From the NCBI GenBank assembly GCA_018238545.1, contig JABCTC010000017.1, forward strand, positions 8,836 through 72,835: a stretch of DNA of 64,000 bases, written 5' to 3'. This document shows positions 47,504 to 58,163 of the stretch, in pieces. Both the position numbers and the translations under genes were made by a program. Origin of the DNA: Candidatus Heimdallarchaeota archaeon. Lineage in GTDB: Archaea; Asgardarchaeota; Heimdallarchaeia; Heimdallarchaeales; Heimdallarchaeaceae. The notes beneath the pieces were generated by a model that was not told the DNA's origin, made no database searches, and saw only the letters and a list, made by a program, of their open reading frames with translations. Every line of letters starts with the position of its first letter. Within the stretch, counting starts at the first letter, position 1.

Positions 47504-48871
47504 ATCGATTCACTTGATAACTTACTCAAGATTGCAGAACAGCAAGGAACCTCTTATTCAGATATCCGTTTTGGAAGAATTGAGGAGAAAAAAATACAAG
47601 CTATTAATGGCGAGATTGTCAATGAAATAAATTGTATTAGCTCTGGATATGGTATGCGGATGCTGTCTGAAGGAATCGTTACTTTCACTTCTACACCTGA
47701 TTTGAAATACGCAGAAGAACATATTAAGAAAGCTGTAAAGACTGCTAACCTTGTAACTAAGTGGAAGAAAGGAATTACCTCATTAACGGAAGTACCTATC
47801 TCGGATTCCACTGTAATAAGAGAAGCAAAAATTAACTGGAAAGATCTCGATAAAAGTGAATTCAAGGAAAAGATAAAAACATTTCAAAAACACATTGAAG
47901 AGAAATTAAAAGTAAAAGCTCTAATTGAAACTGATATAGTATTCCTAAATTGGTCTGAACGATTTGCAAGTAGTGAGGGATCAAAAGTTTATCAAGAATA
48001 TCCTTATGCAATTTTGACTTTAACAGGTCGAGTAATGCATAATAACACACAAGTAAAATATTACAAAAATTATGGAGGATTAGGTGGAGTAGATGTATTA
48101 CCTTTTGACAAACTAGACGAAACTGATAGTTTTGTAGAAGTAATCAATAACCTCCCTTCTGCTAGATCTATATGTCAAGGAACTACTAAAGCCGTTTTAA
48201 GTGAAGACATGGCTTGGACATGTTTACATGAAGTACTGGGGCACTCATTAGAAGCAGATAACGTTCTTTCAGGTCGTTCTTTTTCAGCAGGCATGCTAGG
48301 GATGAAACTCGCTCCCTCTATTGTTAGTGTCATTGATGATCCTTATATTGAAACAGTTGGGTATTATGAATATGATTCTGAAGGGATTAAAGGAAGAGGG
48401 ACCTTATTAGTAGATGAAGGTATATTGGTTGATTTTCTACATAGTCGAGAAACAGCTGCTGCTATGGATAGTGAGCCTTCCTCTAATTATCGTGCTTTTA
48501 GTTTTGAATTTTTACCTCAGGTTCGAATGAGCAATTTCTTCTTTGAGCCAAAGGATTATTCCGAAGAGGAATTATTTGAAAATGTTAGAAAAGGCATCTA
48601 TATAGGTGAAGGATTAGCGGGATCAGCAGAACCTCAAACTGGTGAATATAATTTCGATGCTCAATATGGAAGAACAATAGAAAATGGTGAGCTTACCGAT
48701 TACATTCTTCAATTTCAGATTAGTGGTCGTATGACTGAAACTTTGTCAAAAATCGAGTGTGTTGGAGATAGACTCCTTGCTCAACCAGGAAGTTGCGTTA
48801 AGAATAATCAACGAATTTTTGTTGGTTCTGTTTGCCCTAAAATAGCTGTTTCTGAGATGAGAGTGAGCTAA
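47504..48871 (+). CDS. tldD: TldD metalloprotease subunit; likely ATC start at 47504
   Basis: HEVLGHSLEAD, YDSEG, RMSNF; N-terminal YSDIR segment lies in frame upstream of the first ATG. Confidence 0.85.
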   Translation: MDSLDNLLKIAEQQGTSYSDIRFGRIEEKKIQAINGEIVNEINCISSGYGMRMLSEGIVTFTSTPDLKYAEEHIKKAVKTANLVTKWKKGITSLTEVPISDSTVIREAKINWKDLDKSEFKEKIKTFQKHIEEKLKVKALIETDIVFLNWSERFASSEGSKVYQEYPYAILTLTGRVMHNNTQVKYYKNYGGLGGVDVLPFDKLDETDSFVEVINNLPSARSICQGTTKAVLSEDMAWTCLHEVLGHSLEADNVLSGRSFSAGMLGMKLAPSIVSVIDDPYIETVGYYEYDSEGIKGRGTLLVDEGILVDFLHSRETAAAMDSEPSSNYRAFSFEFLPQVRMSNFFFEPKDYSEEELFENVRKGIYIGEGLAGSAEPQTGEYNFDAQYGRTIENGELTDYILQFQISGRMTETLSKIECVGDRLLAQPGSCVKNNQRIFVGSVCPKIAVSEMRVS

Positions 48872-50224
48872 ATGTATACAGATGAAGAGTTAAAAGATAC
48901 AGCAGTTAGAGTGCTTCGAAAACTTGAACAGAAGTACAAATTCGAATGCGCTGAGGTATACATTCAATCTCTTGCGCATATGATGGGTGGAACAGAATAC
49001 CGAACTCCCAAAGTTTTTCAATCCACTCACCGAGCAGGTTGTGCGCTGAGATATTTTAAGGATAATGAGTTGTTTTTTGCTTGTTTTCCATTACCGACAG
49101 TACTCACAGAAATTGATAATTTACTTGATATTACAAGTTTTCCTATATCATCAAAAAAGTTTGAGTTTCCTGAAATCAGTCTAGGTTCTTCAAGAATTGA
49201 AAACATCTACGATAGAAGAATTGCTTCTATGAATGAGGAAGAAATATTCAATTTATCTTATTCTCTTAATCAAGCCGATGAAAGCTTCAAGGAGATAATT
49301 CTTGATGGTTCTCTTATGCTATCATTAGAACGAAAAGTTATTGCAAATTCTTCGCAAGCTGTAGCATTTGAAAAAAGTACTTGGTTTGATATTGATACCA
49401 GAGCTATATATCGCGGTTATGATATGATTTCAAGTTCTGAGAAGCATCTTACAAGTAGACAGATACCTGCATCTATTAACAGTATTATTGATGATCTAAT
49501 CTCTGAGACAATACAAAAAACCATCCATGCTGATAAAATTGAAAATATTGAAGTTCCAATAGTATTCTCCCCAATGGCATTCTCTCAGATATTTTCCTTT
49601 TCTTTTGTTCCCCTTTTAAGTGCAAGTTCAAGTAATAAATTATCTTTAGAGTTATCATCGAACTTCAATTTAACAGATGATGGTACCGTTCCAGGTCTTC
49701 CAAATTCCACTGCTTTTGACGATGAAGGAGTAAATCAAGCGAAAACAATTGTAATTAAGAACGGTATATTTGAACAATCTCTAAATAGTTCTCAGTTTTT
49801 GAATTCAGGTGAAGAAAGCTCTGGGAATTCTTTCCGCGTAAAAATGTTTGAATATTTTCCAAGAAATTATCAAGCTTATCCATCCATATTTCCTTCTAAT
49901 CTTTTAATAGGTGAAGGGGAGACTTCATCAGAAAATATTATTGCAGAAATATCTGATGGAATATTCATCAATTCCACACAAGGATATATGACTGCAGACT
50001 ATCATTCTGGTGCCTTTAAGGTTTCAGCAAATGATGCTTATAAAATTTCCAATGGAGAAATTATTGGTACACTAGATACATTTGATATTATTGGCAATAT
50101 TTTTGAACTACTTTCAAAAGACACATTATTCTCTAAAGACAGGAGAGTTGTTCGTCCAAGCAATACTCCTTATAGCATTGTGTCACCTTTTGTTGCTACT
50201 GATGAACTAACAATCTTCCTTTAG
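48872..50224 (+). CDS. pmbA: PmbA/TldE family protein
   Basis: AEVY, FDDEG, TGN-like segment, no HExxH; directly follows tldD. Confidence 0.8.
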   Translation: MYTDEELKDTAVRVLRKLEQKYKFECAEVYIQSLAHMMGGTEYRTPKVFQSTHRAGCALRYFKDNELFFACFPLPTVLTEIDNLLDITSFPISSKKFEFPEISLGSSRIENIYDRRIASMNEEEIFNLSYSLNQADESFKEIILDGSLMLSLERKVIANSSQAVAFEKSTWFDIDTRAIYRGYDMISSSEKHLTSRQIPASINSIIDDLISETIQKTIHADKIENIEVPIVFSPMAFSQIFSFSFVPLLSASSSNKLSLELSSNFNLTDDGTVPGLPNSTAFDDEGVNQAKTIVIKNGIFEQSLNSSQFLNSGEESSGNSFRVKMFEYFPRNYQAYPSIFPSNLLIGEGETSSENIIAEISDGIFINSTQGYMTADYHSGAFKVSANDAYKISNGEIIGTLDTFDIIGNIFELLSKDTLFSKDRRVVRPSNTPYSIVSPFVATDELTIFL

Positions 50225-50327
50225 TCGTTTAATCATCTCTCTCTGTATTTTTAAATAAAAACAAGTTCGAAAAAGTTTAAAAATACAAATGCTTTCCCAA
50301 CTTTGAATATAAAGCCCCCATTTAACG

Positions 50328-51851
50328 GTGATTTCATTGGTAAAAAAACGAACGTTCTCAGCTATAACAATATTAGTTTTGATGTGTAGTATGAGTATTA
50401 TAACCCTATCTCAAAGCAAGATTGAACAACCTTCGACTCTACCCAGATTCGATGCAGCATATAGACCTATATATGCTGGAGGAGATGATAATACAACAGT
50501 AGTGGTTGCAAGAAATGATGCAGTATTTAACGGCTCTATAATAAAAGCTGATGCACCTCTTTACTCAAATATGACAACAAATGTAACTATCTGGTACAAA
50601 TTTAATGGGGGAGATAACGAGTCAGCGCCTTTATTGTTTGGTGATGAAGGAACAACTATTCCTGATGGTTTAAGCTGGAACGATCCAACTTTAATGACTT
50701 ATGATAACGAATCCACAGTTGAAATTGGTTTTGATGTTTATGCGTATTATAATTATACATTTAACTTAAACTCCTCATTTATATCATTCTACGCAAGGTA
50801 TGGTGAATATGAAGATGATTTCAAAATACCAAATATTATCACCACAGGTGTATGGTTAGAATCCTATTTTGTTCAAGAAGAATACACCCAGTATGAGGAT
50901 ATTGAGTTAGATATTATTTTACATGATTACAATATCACCGAATATGGTTTAATGTATAGAGAAGTAGAACCAACACATAGTCTCCCATTTGAGAATGTAA
51001 CATACTCTCTTTCTGATGAAGGTGTTCAGACAAATGTAACTGCAGCAATTGCTCATTCTTTTGAGGTTGGAACTGAATTAGAAATTAGATCATTTATTGT
51101 TCACTATGATAACATAACTTCAGAAAACAGGATTCTAAGAGAAAACAAAGTTCGTCTAATTACTCTAGTCGATGGTAATCCTGATTTAACAATTGACACA
51201 GAACTCTTCACTAATTCTAGAGAAATAAGCATTAATTGGTATGCTGAAGCCATTAACTCGAATATTACAGCTGTTGAAGTTGATTGGGATGACGGTACAG
51301 GTGTAGAATCAATTTCTAATGTATCGATATTTATTATTGCCCACGAATATGCTAGTAGTGGTGAATACAATATTTTTGTAACTGCTTATGCAGGACTTGG
51401 AGTTACAACAGAGAATATCACTATTCTAATAGAGACTATAGCACCAACGGGGACAGTTTTCATTATTGATGAAGCAGGAAATTCAATTGCACCAAATGCA
51501 ACGGATACTGTTGATATCATCGTTGAGAAAAAGGAACTTAGGTTCAATGTTTCAGGTGTTGACGAAATAGGTGGTAGTGGTGTAGAAAAACTCGTCATTG
51601 AGACTGATGAAGGTAATATTATTGAAAGTCCAGTGGACAAAGTGATAACTATACCATTCCTCGAATATGGTTTCCATGTTATAACCTTCAAAGTAGTAGA
51701 TTTCGCAGGTAATGAATATTCTTTTGTTGTTTATGTAAAATTAATTGAAAAAGAATTACCAACTTATGCCGGTGTTCCATTTCCATTTGGGTTGGTTACT
51801 GTTGTAGGTCTTATTGCTGTTACTTTGATTTATCTCAATAAAAGAAGATAA
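50328..51851 (+). CDS. Cell-surface glycoprotein with PKD/Ig-like domains and C-terminal sorting TM
   Basis: Signal peptide, many N-x-S/T sequons, DWDDG..HEYASSGEY, VPFPFG-TM-KRR. Confidence 0.75.
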   Translation: MISLVKKRTFSAITILVLMCSMSIITLSQSKIEQPSTLPRFDAAYRPIYAGGDDNTTVVVARNDAVFNGSIIKADAPLYSNMTTNVTIWYKFNGGDNESAPLLFGDEGTTIPDGLSWNDPTLMTYDNESTVEIGFDVYAYYNYTFNLNSSFISFYARYGEYEDDFKIPNIITTGVWLESYFVQEEYTQYEDIELDIILHDYNITEYGLMYREVEPTHSLPFENVTYSLSDEGVQTNVTAAIAHSFEVGTELEIRSFIVHYDNITSENRILRENKVRLITLVDGNPDLTIDTELFTNSREISINWYAEAINSNITAVEVDWDDGTGVESISNVSIFIIAHEYASSGEYNIFVTAYAGLGVTTENITILIETIAPTGTVFIIDEAGNSIAPNATDTVDIIVEKKELRFNVSGVDEIGGSGVEKLVIETDEGNIIESPVDKVITIPFLEYGFHVITFKVVDFAGNEYSFVVYVKLIEKELPTYAGVPFPFGLVTVVGLIAVTLIYLNKRR

Positions 51852-51916
51852 ACTCTTCTCCTTTCTCTTTTTCTTTTGTAAAACCTTTTTAGTATCTTCT
51901 GACTATAATTATTAGC

Positions 51917-52477
51917 ATGTCTAGTAAGTATAATCCTAACCAGTTGATGAGTGAGGAAGAAATTGTGAAGTATTTACTTGACTCATTAGATGATGATAGA
52001 AAGGACTTTAGCATTTTTGCTATCAGACAACTTAAACATTATCATTCATCGAAGATAATAGAAACATTGCTAGAGATTGTAGAAAGGGACGGAGATATAG
52101 ATAAAACAATTGCAGCTCTAGGTTCTCTGCAGAAACGAAAACCCAATTTTTATGCTAAAAATATAATCCTAAAACAATTATTATCTCCTGAGGAAGAAGT
52201 CCGGACGGAAGCAGCGCATATTCTCCTAGAATATGATGAAAGCATAATACCCGATTTAGAAAAAATATACTGTAATGATACACCAAATTATGCCATAGAT
52301 AAAATCGTTTGGTTACTAGGTAAGGTTGGAAATCCTGATACTCTGGAAACATTAAATGATTATGAAGAAACCATACAAGAAAAAAACCGGTCTACACTAG
52401 AAGATGCAATTGAGAATATTAAAAGAAAGTACACTAAATTGATGTTCAAAGAGATAGAAAAAAAAGATGAAGATTAA
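51917..52477 (+). CDS. HEAT-repeat protein
   Basis: EEVRTEAAHIL, WLLGKVG. Confidence 0.7.
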   Translation: MSSKYNPNQLMSEEEIVKYLLDSLDDDRKDFSIFAIRQLKHYHSSKIIETLLEIVERDGDIDKTIAALGSLQKRKPNFYAKNIILKQLLSPEEEVRTEAAHILLEYDESIIPDLEKIYCNDTPNYAIDKIVWLLGKVGNPDTLETLNDYEETIQEKNRSTLEDAIENIKRKYTKLMFKEIEKKDED

Positions 52478-52864
52478 CTATTCCTTCCACGCAATTGCAG
52501 AAATTTCTACATCAACATCTAAAGGTAGTCTAGCAACTTCAATAGCGGCCCTGGCAGGAGGTTTTTCACCAAAAAATGACCCATAAACTTCATTCATTTG
52601 TTTAAATTCATCCATATTTTTAAGATATACCCTACATCTTACTAGATCATCCATAGAATAACCTGCTTCCTCTACTATTGCTTTCAAGTTTTCCATCACT
52701 TGCTTTGTAGCGCTTTGTATATTACCTCTAATTATATCTCCTGTGGAAGGATTTGCAGGGATCTGTCCAGCAATAAATAAGAATTCACCAGCTTGAATAG
52801 CTTGTGAATATGGACCAACAGGAGAAGGTGCATTTTCTGTTAAAATTACTTTTTTAGATGACAT
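52478..52864 (-). CDS. ridA: RidA (YjgF/UK114) enamine/imine deaminase
   Basis: [30 protein letters not shown]. Confidence 0.9.
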   Translation of the reverse strand: MSSKKVILTENAPSPVGPYSQAIQAGEFLFIAGQIPANPSTGDIIRGNIQSATKQVMENLKAIVEEAGYSMDDLVRCRVYLKNMDEFKQMNEVYGSFFGEKPPARAAIEVARLPLDVDVEISAIAWKE

Positions 52865-52905
52865 GTTCTAAAATTTGCTTTTGATATAATAAACATTATC
52901 CTAAA

Positions 52906-53781
52906 TCAATTATCTGTAAGATTCTGAAGAATGAAATAGATTAAACCAACCGCAAAATTAAGAACAATTCTATCTTTTCTAGAATATTTTGTTTCAACTA
53001 TATCAACATATATTGTCTTAGGAAGGATGATTTTAATGACTTCCATCAATAATTGAGGAGTAAGTCCAAAAGGTTCTGCTGTTGCTAGAGTTGGCACAAA
53101 GGCTTGATCTAGAGTATCGAGGTCGATTGAAAGGAATATTCGATCAAACTTTTTAACAAAATTCTGTATGACCTTTAATGATTTATCTTTCTCAGAAAAT
53201 AGTTTGTGCGTAGGCATAAATTCGATATCATCACTACTTAATTTTTCGTGTTCTTGTGATGTCTGTGTATATGCATGGCCACCAATAAGGAGCATCTGAC
53301 TTGCATCTAATTTCAAATCTTTCTTAAGATTAGCAAAAACCGTACCATGTGAATAAAAAACATTTGGAGGGTATTCATCATTTAGATCTGCATGTGCATC
53401 TAGCCAAATAACAGCAGTTTTTTCATCCCAAGGCGCAGCTGAAAGCATATCAAAAGTTATGCTGTGATCCCCTCCTATAGCTATTAGTTTATTGTTATTG
53501 CTCGATACTTTTTTCCAAAGCTGATTTATTTTACTAGTTTCCTTGATAGAATCAATATCTCCGATGTCATAAAAACTAGTTTTGCATTTGGAAATATTAA
53601 ATTCAGAAGAAATACCACTGAATTCGAGTGACTGTTTTCGAATTTCTTTTGGAGCTTTTCTAGAACCTCTACGAGTAGTCTTTGCTTTCTCTATCGGAAC
53701 TCCTACCAGTATGATTGAATCCTTCTCATTGAATTTAGAGAAATCTTTTACTGGATAAAAACCAACAAATGTTCTAGTCAT
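52906..53781 (-). CDS. Arginase/agmatinase family ureohydrolase
   Basis: GGDHSIT, DAHAD, SHG, SIDLD.LD. Confidence 0.85.
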   Translation of the reverse strand: MTRTFVGFYPVKDFSKFNEKDSIILVGVPIEKAKTTRRGSRKAPKEIRKQSLEFSGISSEFNISKCKTSFYDIGDIDSIKETSKINQLWKKVSSNNNKLIAIGGDHSITFDMLSAAPWDEKTAVIWLDAHADLNDEYPPNVFYSHGTVFANLKKDLKLDASQMLLIGGHAYTQTSQEHEKLSSDDIEFMPTHKLFSEKDKSLKVIQNFVKKFDRIFLSIDLDTLDQAFVPTLATAEPFGLTPQLLMEVIKIILPKTIYVDIVETKYSRKDRIVLNFAVGLIYFILQNLTDN

Positions 53782-53830
53782 CTTCTATCTTTCCTTTGTA
53801 TAAGATATCTCAAAGAGTCCATTGATATAA

Positions 53831-56335
53831 CTATTTCTCACGAAGATAATAATCCGGTGATGCTACGAACCTTTTATCCTCGTCAACATCTCCTTCTTCA
53901 ATATCTGAAGCTATTTCATCCATTATTTCCTTATCACTAATATCTGCAAGAATTTTTTGTTTCTCAACTGTGATAATTCGACTTAGTTCTATAGTTCTAG
54001 GTTTGAATTTAGCCATTGTTTCTTCTATTTCCTCAATTCTAGATATCTTTCCTATGAGGTTCATAAAGGTCATAACCATATCTGGACGAAGAGCTACCTG
54101 TGGTGCGATACTCATAAGTTTTCCAATTGAAATCGCTAAATTATCAATGAAATTGTTGTCTTCTTCAAACAACTTCTCAGGGTTGGAATCAACGAATGAA
54201 GCTATAAGAAGCAAATCAATTGAAGTCCATAAGTTTAGAATAGGTTTTTCTTTGAGTTCTAAATTATGGATAACTCCAAGCTCAGTGCCTTTTACATTCT
54301 CTACAACCTTTCCTTGTATGTCAAAAACATCAGCTATGGTGAATTTTGGTGTTCCAAAATCTAATAAAATGTGGTCACTTACAATTTTTAGACCCCCAAT
54401 AGAATACAAATCATATTTAGAGCTCTCTACAATGTTTGGTAAGATACCGGTGTTTTTCTCTACTAATATTTTCTTCAGAAGTTCAGGATTCTCGATATCT
54501 TTTGCAGACATACCAAATTCATTAGATAATTTATCAATGACAATTTTCTTTTTGTCTGCTGAAAAAATCTCTGTCCCATCAGTTGTGTCATCTAAATAGA
54601 GAAAATCATAAACAAAATCAAAAAGATCGTTAGATAAGTTTAATCTCTTGGATACAAGAAAATAGCCTTTACTTGGATGATATATCACAGAATTAGCTGT
54701 TCCAACAATCTGATTGAATATATTCTTAATCTGCAAGCCTTGTTTTTCTGAAAGTAAGCTAGTGAAATTATTGCTCTCAGTAGAATTATAAAATGGTAAT
54801 AAATCACCACTTAATACAATATTTTCATTGTTGATTCTGATTTCACGTTGAGTTTTTGAGGTAGATTCAAGAGGAACAAAGAGATAATTGTCTGGTTGAC
54901 GCATAACTTTCTTTAGGTCTCCAGTTAATTCCACATCCTTTCTTTTACAATATTCAATTATAGCCTCAGGTATGAGGAAAGTGAAAGGAACTTGAGGAAG
55001 GGTCTTAACTAATTCACTCAAGATATATTCTTTCTTATCTTCTTCAGTTTCTTTACCTTCTGATTCCTCGGGAGATATAATATTATCATAAATTCTCCTT
55101 ATCATTGAAAGGGAAATCTCTTGTTGTTGAAGAATTAGTATTCCATACTTTTCATTTAGCTTAGCAGGTCCAATTAAGAAACCAACTAAATCGTTTTGTT
55201 CATCAATTACGGGTTTTCCTGTAAACTTCCAAAGTGTTCTTAATTCAGATAAGACCATATAGTCCAAATCTTTGGTTTCAGTACTGGTAGCTATGGAAAC
55301 TTTGTTTTTCATTTGCTGAAAACTAACAACTTCACTATAACGTTGTATCTTAGCTTCTATGTCAATAGCTAGATCTTTGAAATAGGGTGTAACTATTTCT
55401 TGAAATCTCAGATGTTCTCCATATATCTGATCCATTGCATCTATATCATGTGTATAATCGTTTATATCATCGTCAAGAAGTTCTTCATAGATTTCAAACT
55501 GCTTCATGTCTCGTTTTATAATTTCTTTCTGTTTTTGAGTAAGTTTTTCTTTGTTAACCTCATAAAATAGAGCAAACCTTTCTTTCTCTTGTAAAATACT
55601 CATTTTCCATTTAAGGGTATCTTGAGCTGCTTTGCGAAGAATCGGTCTATTACGGAGAACCCTATCATTAATTTCCAATATAATGCCTTTCAATTCAGGT
55701 TTATCTGTTTCTACTCCTCTTAAACGGTTAATATTTTCGCTAAGTTCATTGTTAAAGAGAAGAAAATTATTATGAGTATTTTTGAACAAATGATTTTTTG
55801 AAACTGAAAAAAGGAGCTCAGATAATTTGTAAAAATGCTGGAATATTTTGTGTTGTTTAGCTTCTACTTCATTTTTGTAAGTCATATGTTCTTGATCATC
55901 TAATTTTCCAGAAATATACTCTTGTTCTAATTTCATCTCCTCTTCAAAGGTTTTTGTAGCAGCTTTAATGGCCATATTCATGACGTAACGTATTTTTAAT
56001 TCTTCAATTTCAAGAATAGGCATAATCTTTAATTCCATCTTTGGAAGTTCCAAGGTTCTTTGAGGAACTGATGGAGGGGATGTATCAACTATTGCCTGGT
56101 CAATTTGCTGGATATCTGATTCTAGTTCTGGAAGAGTTTTCTTAGTTTCTGCGATTTTTTTTGTTTCTTCATCAGATTTCAATGATGTTGGGAGACCAGT
56201 TAGGATTTCTTGATATTTGTTCTTAAGAGTTTGATAGGTCCTCCTATCTATGGACCCTCGAATATAGCGAAGATCTAAATCTCTGATGAATCTGAGAATT
56301 CTACGTTTCTTAACAGTGGTTTCTTCGGCAGACAT
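53831..56335 (-). CDS. Large protein: coiled-coil N-half + three PRC-barrel-like repeats
   Basis: GKPVIDEQNDLVG, GLQIKNIFNQIVG and GKVVENVKGTELG recur with similar downstream patterns. Confidence 0.55.
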   Translation of the reverse strand: MSAEETTVKKRRILRFIRDLDLRYIRGSIDRRTYQTLKNKYQEILTGLPTSLKSDEETKKIAETKKTLPELESDIQQIDQAIVDTSPPSVPQRTLELPKMELKIMPILEIEELKIRYVMNMAIKAATKTFEEEMKLEQEYISGKLDDQEHMTYKNEVEAKQHKIFQHFYKLSELLFSVSKNHLFKNTHNNFLLFNNELSENINRLRGVETDKPELKGIILEINDRVLRNRPILRKAAQDTLKWKMSILQEKERFALFYEVNKEKLTQKQKEIIKRDMKQFEIYEELLDDDINDYTHDIDAMDQIYGEHLRFQEIVTPYFKDLAIDIEAKIQRYSEVVSFQQMKNKVSIATSTETKDLDYMVLSELRTLWKFTGKPVIDEQNDLVGFLIGPAKLNEKYGILILQQQEISLSMIRRIYDNIISPEESEGKETEEDKKEYILSELVKTLPQVPFTFLIPEAIIEYCKRKDVELTGDLKKVMRQPDNYLFVPLESTSKTQREIRINNENIVLSGDLLPFYNSTESNNFTSLLSEKQGLQIKNIFNQIVGTANSVIYHPSKGYFLVSKRLNLSNDLFDFVYDFLYLDDTTDGTEIFSADKKKIVIDKLSNEFGMSAKDIENPELLKKILVEKNTGILPNIVESSKYDLYSIGGLKIVSDHILLDFGTPKFTIADVFDIQGKVVENVKGTELGVIHNLELKEKPILNLWTSIDLLLIASFVDSNPEKLFEEDNNFIDNLAISIGKLMSIAPQVALRPDMVMTFMNLIGKISRIEEIEETMAKFKPRTIELSRIITVEKQKILADISDKEIMDEIASDIEEGDVDEDKRFVASPDYYLREK

Positions 56336-56537
56336 TATTAATAATGATTACACAATTACACCTAAAAATATATTCCTAAACATCCGAAGAAAATACCTCG
56401 AATTTTTTAGCTGAATTTCTCAATATTTAATGAAGCCTTAGTAATGAGCTCATCAACTTCACACCTTAGAAAGAATAGGACTTCAAAGACTTAAGTAAAT
56501 TCTTTTAAATTCCTCATTTTCTTTGTTGTTGTTATTA

Positions 56538-57221
56538 ATGGAAACTGTATCTATAATTCTGTTAGTGTTATTAATTTTCTTTTCTTTATTGCATCTACTA
56601 GGTGAATTCCTTATTGATATTGGAAAAGAGAAATTCATAATTGTTAGATATCTTACAAAACCCTTTCTCATGCCGTTACTTCTATTATTCTATGTTATTG
56701 GGAACGTCAATATCAATTGGTTAATCAGTATTGCTATAATCGGTGGATTTGTTGGCGACATCTTCTTGATGCTACCTGATCCTGATAAAACTCGCAAATG
56801 GTTAAGAGTAGGTCTAGTCTCCTTTCTTTTAGGAAATTTGTTATACATTTCTGCTTTTATCTATATAGCAGGAGATTTTGTTCATTTTGTCTGGTGGAGT
56901 GTTTTACTTGCGATACCTTTTGTAATTGCAGCAATTATGATCCATCCACGTTTGACTAAACATACTGGCAAAATGACAACAGCTGTAACTATATACATTA
57001 TTGTAATTGGGTTAATGGGAATAAGCACAACCCTTCTTTTTGGCTATGGAACATTAGAAGGGATAATACTTCTATATGTAGGAGCATGGTTGTTTATAAT
57101 TTCTGATATACTAAATGGATATGCAAAATTTGTAACTGTGTTTAAGTATGAACGAGTAATTACAATGTTTACATATATTGCAGGTCAACTAATGATTGTG
57201 CTTGGTGTTATATTTTTATAG
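56538..57221 (+). CDS. YhhN/lysoplasmalogenase-family membrane protein
   Basis: TKP..MP, GDIFLM, F.ISD, TYIAGQ. Confidence 0.85.
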   Translation: METVSIILLVLLIFFSLLHLLGEFLIDIGKEKFIIVRYLTKPFLMPLLLLFYVIGNVNINWLISIAIIGGFVGDIFLMLPDPDKTRKWLRVGLVSFLLGNLLYISAFIYIAGDFVHFVWWSVLLAIPFVIAAIMIHPRLTKHTGKMTTAVTIYIIVIGLMGISTTLLFGYGTLEGIILLYVGAWLFIISDILNGYAKFVTVFKYERVITMFTYIAGQLMIVLGVIFL

Positions 57222-57348
57222 ATCAACATTATCTTTGTTTCTTTTCAAGTATAACAAGCGTTGAACATCAGTTATCAGATTGTTTTACCTACTAATATTG
57301 AGTAAGATTTAAGCACTAAGAAATCTAATATTACTTTGATGAAATAGT

Positions 57349-57909
57349 ATGCCTGATTTAGCAACACATTTTGGATTATCTCTACTAGTTAATATGGCAA
57401 TCTTTGGAAGAAAAGAAAAAAAACAGTGGTTATGGATAATTCTTTTATCCCCTCTGTCTGTTTATCATGATATAGATATCTTGCTTAAGCATAGAGTTAT
57501 TTTACATTCCTTTTTTATTCAAGCTTTAGTTGTTGTAGCTGTTTTTCTCCTAACAAAAAGAAATCTTTTCATCACTGGAGTTGTCGCTGTTAATGTTTTT
57601 AGTCATATATTGATGGACATGAGCCAATTTTATGTTGCTTGTTTTTGGCCATTATCTAATGGTGTCTTTTCTTTCCATTTTGATATATTTGTAAATATGT
57701 TGGACCCTTATATGATCGATTTTGATATTTCTGGAAATTTTGAGAACAATTTTCCCAGCACAGGACTTGAACAGTGGGGGACTCTACTCTCCACTTTAGG
57801 GTTGTTGATATCTTTTTGTGCTGTTCTTGTATGGATTATACACTATTACAGATTGTCAAAAGATCATAAGAAAAAAACAGTTACGAAATCTGATAGTAAA
57901 TTAGTTTAG
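57349..57909 (+). CDS. Membrane-bound metal-dependent hydrolase (YdjM-like)
   Basis: TH, DID, HR..LHS, SHILMD, FWP. Confidence 0.75.
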   Translation: MPDLATHFGLSLLVNMAIFGRKEKKQWLWIILLSPLSVYHDIDILLKHRVILHSFFIQALVVVAVFLLTKRNLFITGVVAVNVFSHILMDMSQFYVACFWPLSNGVFSFHFDIFVNMLDPYMIDFDISGNFENNFPSTGLEQWGTLLSTLGLLISFCAVLVWIIHYYRLSKDHKKKTVTKSDSKLV

Positions 57910-58163
57910 ACTCTTTACATTATGTTAAGAGGTTCACGAGTGTTCTGAGATTTACAACAAATGAATCTTGGAAGAACTGGATGGGTTGGATATTAGTGAA
58001 CTGGTATGGGATGTAAGAAAAAGTAGCATCAGATGAGGATTACCTTAAGAGAAAAAATAAAATAGAGGAAGAAAAAATATAACATGATATTAAGGCGATT
58101 TAAAATGAGGTTTGAAGGGAAATAGTTTTATCTTAATTCTACTAATTATTTCAGAGTAGCAAA

